From an uncultured bacterium (lineage in GTDB: Bacteria > Oederibacteriota > Oederibacteriia > Oederibacteriales > Oederibacteriaceae), in the NCBI GenBank assembly GCA_965112635.1, contig OZ218778.1, positions 768,001-832,000 on the forward strand: a stretch of 64,000 bases of DNA, read 5' to 3'. Made by a program: the position numbers and the translations under genes. Each line of letters starts with the position of its first letter. The first letter of the stretch is position 1. The notes beneath the pieces are model-generated. The model saw only the letters and a program-made list of their open reading frames with translations. It had not been told where the DNA came from and searched no databases. Of the stretch, positions 59,231-64,000 are shown piece by piece.

Positions 59231-60553
59231 TTGGCGGAGATCATTCCTTTTAGAGGATGGCGGTATAACAACGCGACAGTCAGGAACATCAACCTGGCCG
59301 TGGTGCCTCCCTATGACGTCATATCGGCCCAGGACCAGAAAAAATTCCTCAAACAGCATCCCTACAACCTGGTCCGGCTCATCCTGAGTGAAACAAAGGC
59401 CAAGCCGAACGACAAAGTTTCACCCTACGAGGACATGGCCAAAACCTTGGGACAGTGGCAGGAACTGGGGATCTTGTGCCAGGACGCCCTGCCGGCCTTC
59501 TATATATATAGCCAGACCTATACACTCGAGGGAAAAACCAAGACCAGGGTGGGCCTGCTGACCCTACTCAAGCTGGAACCCCTGGGCGAAAAGCACATTT
59601 TTCCCCATGAAATAACCTTTTCCAAGCCTAAAGAGGACCGCCTGAACTTTTTGCGCCACTTCAAATCCAACCTGGAGCCTATCTTCGGGCTGTACCAGGA
59701 CCCCCGGGGAACGCTGGACAGGCTTTTACGGAAATACACGCGCCTGAAACCGGTGATGCGCGTGGAACATCCCAAGGGACTGACCCACAAGCTGTGGCCG
59801 GTTTCAGAGCTTGGCGACCAGAAAAAAATAAAGGATTTCATCGGGCCCAGGCACCTGCTCATCGCGGACGGCCATCACCGCTACGGAGCGGGGCTGATGT
59901 ATTCGCAGGAGCTTGCCCACCAATGCCGGGGCACTGCTCTCGCCTCAGCCTCCCAATACATCCTGGCCTTCATCACCAACGGCCTGGATAAAAAAGGCCT
60001 GACCATCCTGCCCTATAACCGGGTCATCAAACATTTGAGCCCCAGCAAGCTTAGAACCGTGAAAAAAGTTTTAGCCGGGTATTTTGATCTCAAAGAGGTC
60101 CAATGGAGCGGACTGCCGGAAAAAGGCGCGCTAAGCCTCATCCAGCAGTTGGGCCAGGTCAAAAAAGGGGTGCCGGGTTTCGCCTTTTACCAGGGAGGCC
60201 CAACCTGGTCTTTGCTGACCCTCAAGAAAAAGTTCCTCAACAAAAAAATCGTGGACCCCAAGCAGTCCCTGGCCTGGAACCATTTGACCACGGCCTTGGC
60301 GGATAAGATCGTGATCGAAAAGACTTTGCATATCCCCTCGGACCAGAAACAGCTCTACATCAAGTTCACGCCCCACACCGCAGAGGCCATCCGGATGGTG
60401 CGCGCCAAAGAGGCCAGCGCCTGCCTGCTTTTTTATCCGGCGGACGTGCCTATGATCGCGGACCTGGCCAAGCGTGGGGAAAAAATGCCGCAGAAGTCCA
60501 CCTACTTTTATCCCAAGGTCTATAACGGCCTGGTGCTCAGGACCATGGAGTGA
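59231..60553 (+). CDS. DUF1015 family protein
   Basis: PFRG.RY, PPYDVIS, PHE.T...KEDR, IADGHHRY, MPQKSTYFYPK. Confidence 0.9.
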   Translation: MAEIIPFRGWRYNNATVRNINLAVVPPYDVISAQDQKKFLKQHPYNLVRLILSETKAKPNDKVSPYEDMAKTLGQWQELGILCQDALPAFYIYSQTYTLEGKTKTRVGLLTLLKLEPLGEKHIFPHEITFSKPKEDRLNFLRHFKSNLEPIFGLYQDPRGTLDRLLRKYTRLKPVMRVEHPKGLTHKLWPVSELGDQKKIKDFIGPRHLLIADGHHRYGAGLMYSQELAHQCRGTALASASQYILAFITNGLDKKGLTILPYNRVIKHLSPSKLRTVKKVLAGYFDLKEVQWSGLPEKGALSLIQQLGQVKKGVPGFAFYQGGPTWSLLTLKKKFLNKKIVDPKQSLAWNHLTTALADKIVIEKTLHIPSDQKQLYIKFTPHTAEAIRMVRAKEASACLLFYPADVPMIADLAKRGEKMPQKSTYFYPKVYNGLVLRTME

Positions 60554-60560
60554 GCAGGGA

Positions 60561-63113
60561 GTGAGCGAAGAAACCACGACCGCGCCAGGAGCCGCAGAGC
60601 CCGCTCCCCAGCCCGCCCCGGAAAAGTGGCGCTATCTCAAAGACAGACCGCTCATTTCCCTGGTTATTATTTTTTTGGCGGGACTACTGGCCGGATTTTA
60701 CCTTGCTCCCGCTTTTTGGCCTTGGCTGGCCGGCCTGGGCCTTTTGGTCCTGGCCTTGTGGTATCCTCTCAAAAAATCCAACAAACTCTTTTGGTGGTGC
60801 TGCGTTATTTCCTTTGCCGTGGGTTTACTGCGAGCCCAGCACCAGCAGATGGTCAGCCCCGATGACCTGAGGAACTTCATCACTTTGGAACGGCAGGAGT
60901 GCGTGGTGACGGGCCGGGTCATGGACGCTCCGGAATACAATAAAGCCGAGAAAAAAATATCCTTTGTTTTTTTGGTGGAGCAAAAAGGGGAGGGGAGTGC
61001 TGTCCAGGCCTGCCGGGGCAGGGTGAGGGCCAATGTTTACCAGGCGGACCGGCCGCCCGACCTTTTTTACGGCGACAGGCTAAAACTCTCCGGCAAATTT
61101 TTTGCGCCGTATCCACCGACCAACCCGGGTGAGTTCGACTACAAAAAATATCTGGCCCTCCACCATGTTTACGGGTTCATTTCCGTGCCTTTCCCCGACA
61201 GGCTTGTTTTCCTGGGCAAGGGCAGCGCTTTTTCGCTGGTGCGCGCGGCCCAGGTCATCGGCAAAAAACTGGCCGGCCTGCTGGACCAAAGTTTTGAGCC
61301 GGCCAACGCGGCTTTGCTCAAAGGCATCCTTTTCTCGGACCGGACCGACCTGTCTTCCAAGGTCCGCAGGGATTTTTCCATCACCGGGCTGGCCTATGTG
61401 CTTTCCGTGGCTGGCCTGCACGTCAACCTGGTCGGGGCCTGTTTTTTCATGCTTTTCCGGCTATTCGGGGTATCCAGGCGCAGGGCCGTGCTGGGGCTTT
61501 TTGGCGTGGTTTTCCTTTACGCCCTCATCACGGGATGGCAGGCGCCGGTGTGGCGGGCAGGGTGCATGTTCCTGCTGTGGGGCCTGGCCATCCTGCTGGA
61601 CAGGGAAACGGATTTTTTCGTGAGCCTGAGTTTCGCGGCCCTGATAATCCTGTTGTTCGACCCCTCGGCGATCTTCCTATTGTCCTTCCAGCTCTCCTTC
61701 CTCGCCACCCTGGCCATTTTCAGCCTGGGACTTAAAGCCCGGCAGTGGGCGAGGAATTTTCGGCGGAGCCCGGAAATATTTTCCACCATGGAACAGGCTG
61801 AGGTCAATTTTACCCCGAGTTTTTGGGACAAAGCCCTGCTGTATCCGGGTGTAAAAAAGATGAAATGGTGGCTGGTGGATTCTTTGCTCATCTCCCTGTC
61901 CATCCAGGTCGTCCTGCTGCCTTTGCTGGCCCATGAGTTCTACTATGTGCCCTGCATCGTGGTGCTGGCCAACCTGCTGGTGATACCGTGGATGGGACTG
62001 CTGATCGGGCTGGGACTGCTGGTGTGCGGGGCGGGGCTCGTGTCCGCCGGCTTGAGCCAAGGACTGGGCTGGCTGGCCGGGACGCTCGTAAAAAGTTTCC
62101 AGGGGTTCGTGTCGGTCTGCGCCTCTTTGCCGTTTTCGCATTTTGCCGTGGCCAGGTTCCCTCTAGGGTTTGTATTCGCTTTTTATTTGACCTTAGGGTT
62201 TTCGGTCTGGAACCCCTTATCCTGGCAGAAAAAATATTTGGCCGGTCTGCTGGTCCTGTGGGCGGCTGTTTTCGCGGGATGGCAGGTTGGGTTCCAGATG
62301 ACCAGGCCCAAACTCCAGGTGTTTTTCCTGGACGTGGGACAGGGCGACTGCGAGGTGGCTGTGGTATCGGGCAAACCCATCGTGATAGACGCGGGGCTGG
62401 GCGGGAGTTTTGACAACGGCGAGCGGGTGGTCACTCCTTTTCTGTATTCCCAGGGTCTGCGAAAAATCGCCGCTGTTGTGATGACCCACGCCCACGAGGA
62501 CCATGTGGGCGGACTGCCGGCCGTGCTGGAAAATTTTCCGGTGGGAACGGTATTGGACAACGGCGCGTCCCAGGCCACCAGCCGGGATTATGTATTATTT
62601 TTGAAAAAGATAAGAGATAAAAAAATCCCCTATTACCATGTCCAACAGGGCGAGGAGTGGGCAGGTCGCCTGGGTCTGACCGGAGCAAGTTTTAAAATCC
62701 TGAACCCGGACGCCAAGGCTAAGGGAGGACTGCGGAGCCAGGAGCTGGACGACCAGAGCGTGGTCGCGAGATTGCGGGCCCAGGGGCTGACCATACTTTT
62801 TACCGGGGATATCAAGAAAAGCGGCCAACGCCGAATGCTCCGGGAGGTCCCGGACGCGAGGGAATGGCGGGCTGACCTTTTAAAAGTAGCGCACCACGGC
62901 GCAGACTCGGCGGCGTATGAGCCTTTGATGAGAGCGGTCCAGCCCAAAGAGGCCGTGATAGAAGCGGGCCGGAACAACCGGTTCGGATTTCCACGGGACA
63001 GTTGCCTGCGGGAATTAAAGGAGGCCGGAGCACGGGTGTGGAGGACGGATTTAGACGGGGTGGTTTGCTTTGAAAGTAGCGAAAAAGGGTATAAAATAAG
63101 CTCCATCAGGTAA
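60561..63113 (+). CDS. comEC: DNA internalization competence protein ComEC/Rec2
   Basis: NPGEFDY (OB domain), G..LSVAGLHV, FQLSFLAT, DVGQGD, THAHEDHVGG, KVAHHG, WRTD..G; GTG at 60561. Confidence 0.93.
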   Translation: MSEETTTAPGAAEPAPQPAPEKWRYLKDRPLISLVIIFLAGLLAGFYLAPAFWPWLAGLGLLVLALWYPLKKSNKLFWWCCVISFAVGLLRAQHQQMVSPDDLRNFITLERQECVVTGRVMDAPEYNKAEKKISFVFLVEQKGEGSAVQACRGRVRANVYQADRPPDLFYGDRLKLSGKFFAPYPPTNPGEFDYKKYLALHHVYGFISVPFPDRLVFLGKGSAFSLVRAAQVIGKKLAGLLDQSFEPANAALLKGILFSDRTDLSSKVRRDFSITGLAYVLSVAGLHVNLVGACFFMLFRLFGVSRRRAVLGLFGVVFLYALITGWQAPVWRAGCMFLLWGLAILLDRETDFFVSLSFAALIILLFDPSAIFLLSFQLSFLATLAIFSLGLKARQWARNFRRSPEIFSTMEQAEVNFTPSFWDKALLYPGVKKMKWWLVDSLLISLSIQVVLLPLLAHEFYYVPCIVVLANLLVIPWMGLLIGLGLLVCGAGLVSAGLSQGLGWLAGTLVKSFQGFVSVCASLPFSHFAVARFPLGFVFAFYLTLGFSVWNPLSWQKKYLAGLLVLWAAVFAGWQVGFQMTRPKLQVFFLDVGQGDCEVAVVSGKPIVIDAGLGGSFDNGERVVTPFLYSQGLRKIAAVVMTHAHEDHVGGLPAVLENFPVGTVLDNGASQATSRDYVLFLKKIRDKKIPYYHVQQGEEWAGRLGLTGASFKILNPDAKAKGGLRSQELDDQSVVARLRAQGLTILFTGDIKKSGQRRMLREVPDAREWRADLLKVAHHGADSAAYEPLMRAVQPKEAVIEAGRNNRFGFPRDSCLRELKEAGARVWRTDLDGVVCFESSEKGYKISSIR

Positions 63114-63136
63114 TTGATTTTTCCAAAAGAGGGTAA

Positions 63137-64000
63137 ATGAGAAGAATATTACAGGCCGTATGGATATCCCTATTTTTATCAGCCTTCCTTTTCCAGGCTC
63201 CTGTTCAGGTCATGGCCCAGGAAGTGGATACCCAGGCCCTGAAGGATAAGATGGACAGCGAGTACAAGGAGCTTGTGATCAAAGCCAGAAAAATGGCTTT
63301 GGATTGGGCTATGCGTTTGGACACCATTAACGATCTGTTGGATTCTTCACGGGATGCTTTGGAAGAACTTAATAAACAGGGCAAAGCGCCTTTGGTGGAA
63401 TTGACAGACCTTTGGGCGGTCGTCAGTCAGGAAGGGACCTATGTGACCGCCGGCAATATCCTCAACTACTGGGGCATGAACTATGGTGACGGCACCCTGA
63501 GAGCCATGGAGGAAACAAGGGATGACACCTTTATCGGTCCTTGGAGATTGGATACCAAGGATATCCTCAAATACGGGCCTGATTGCGGAGCTACCGGGAC
63601 CCTCGACCAGATCATCCAGTCTTTTGCGGACAATTCAAAGCTCGAGGTCATGATCGTCGCGTCCAAACTCCAGGACCTATACGCCCAATTCGGCAAACGC
63701 AGTCCCTATGCCCTTCAATCCTATTTTAATCTGGAAGCTTATTTGAAAGGCGAGATCGGGCAGGGAAAATGGGACGACTACATTCTCGTCAAGTATCCCC
63801 CCGTGACCCCGGAAAAATTGAAAGCAACGGGTTTTTACGGCAAGCAGTTATTGATGGGCAGCAATACCGATCCTAGTTACCATTATATAGCCAAATTAGA
63901 ATGTCCTTATGGGATGATGTATTGGATATGGGTGAGCAGAGATTATGACGGCATCAAGCAAACCCTTTTGACCTGGAAGAACCAAGTTAAATGGGTTTGG
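63137..64000 (+). CDS. Secreted hypothetical protein, truncated by the window end (possible lysozyme/SLT-like domain)
   Basis: Manual translation open to 64000: MRRILQAVWISLFLSAFLFQAPVQVMA^QE signal peptide; AVVSQEG / IGPWRL / LQDLYAQFG / ALQSYF. Confidence 0.7.
   Translation, partial: MRRILQAVWISLFLSAFLFQAPVQVMAQEVDTQALKDKMDSEYKELVIKARKMALDWAMRLDTINDLLDSSRDALEELNKQGKAPLVELTDLWAVVSQEGTYVTAGNILNYWGMNYGDGTLRAMEETRDDTFIGPWRLDTKDILKYGPDCGATGTLDQIIQSFADNSKLEVMIVASKLQDLYAQFGKRSPYALQSYFNLEAYLKGEIGQGKWDDYILVKYPPVTPEKLKATGFYGKQLLMGSNTDPSYHYIAKLECPYGMMYWIWVSRDYDGIKQTLLTWKNQVKWVW

Overview
Bacterial chromosomal origin region, probably from a diderm, poorly characterised lineage (a beta-barrel-like protein is present; taxonomy cannot be fixed from the sequence alone). 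Left: gyrA-gyrB-dciA-recF-dnaN-[oriC]-dnaA on the minus strand, divergent from rpmH-rnpA-yidD-yidC-jag. From 12.9 to 39.65 kb almost every gene is on the minus strand (nrnA-rbfA-infB-nusA-rimP, phoR/phoB-like pair, truA, asd, pilin, leuBA, pssA/psd, ilvC/ilvN, rsmG-mnmG-mnmE with two parS sites); this looks like a ~27 kb inversion that separated mnmE from jag. The right part is mostly plus strand: radC, a GDP-mannose/phosphomutase/glycerate kinase/GH38 cluster, three secreted modular TPR proteins with an IS256 inserted (8-bp TSD), GNAT, a REP-like palindrome, an RHH-PIN toxin-antitoxin pair, DUF1015, comEC and a truncated secreted protein. No rRNA, tRNA or CRISPR array was seen. Best leads: a TTGRGGTAWAA motif shared by the promoter of a membrane-anchored wHTH gene and the leader of the TPR operon, a probable ATC start for gyrA, the inversion, and a possible mannosylglycerate-recycling cluster. 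All motif and hairpin calls were made by eye.
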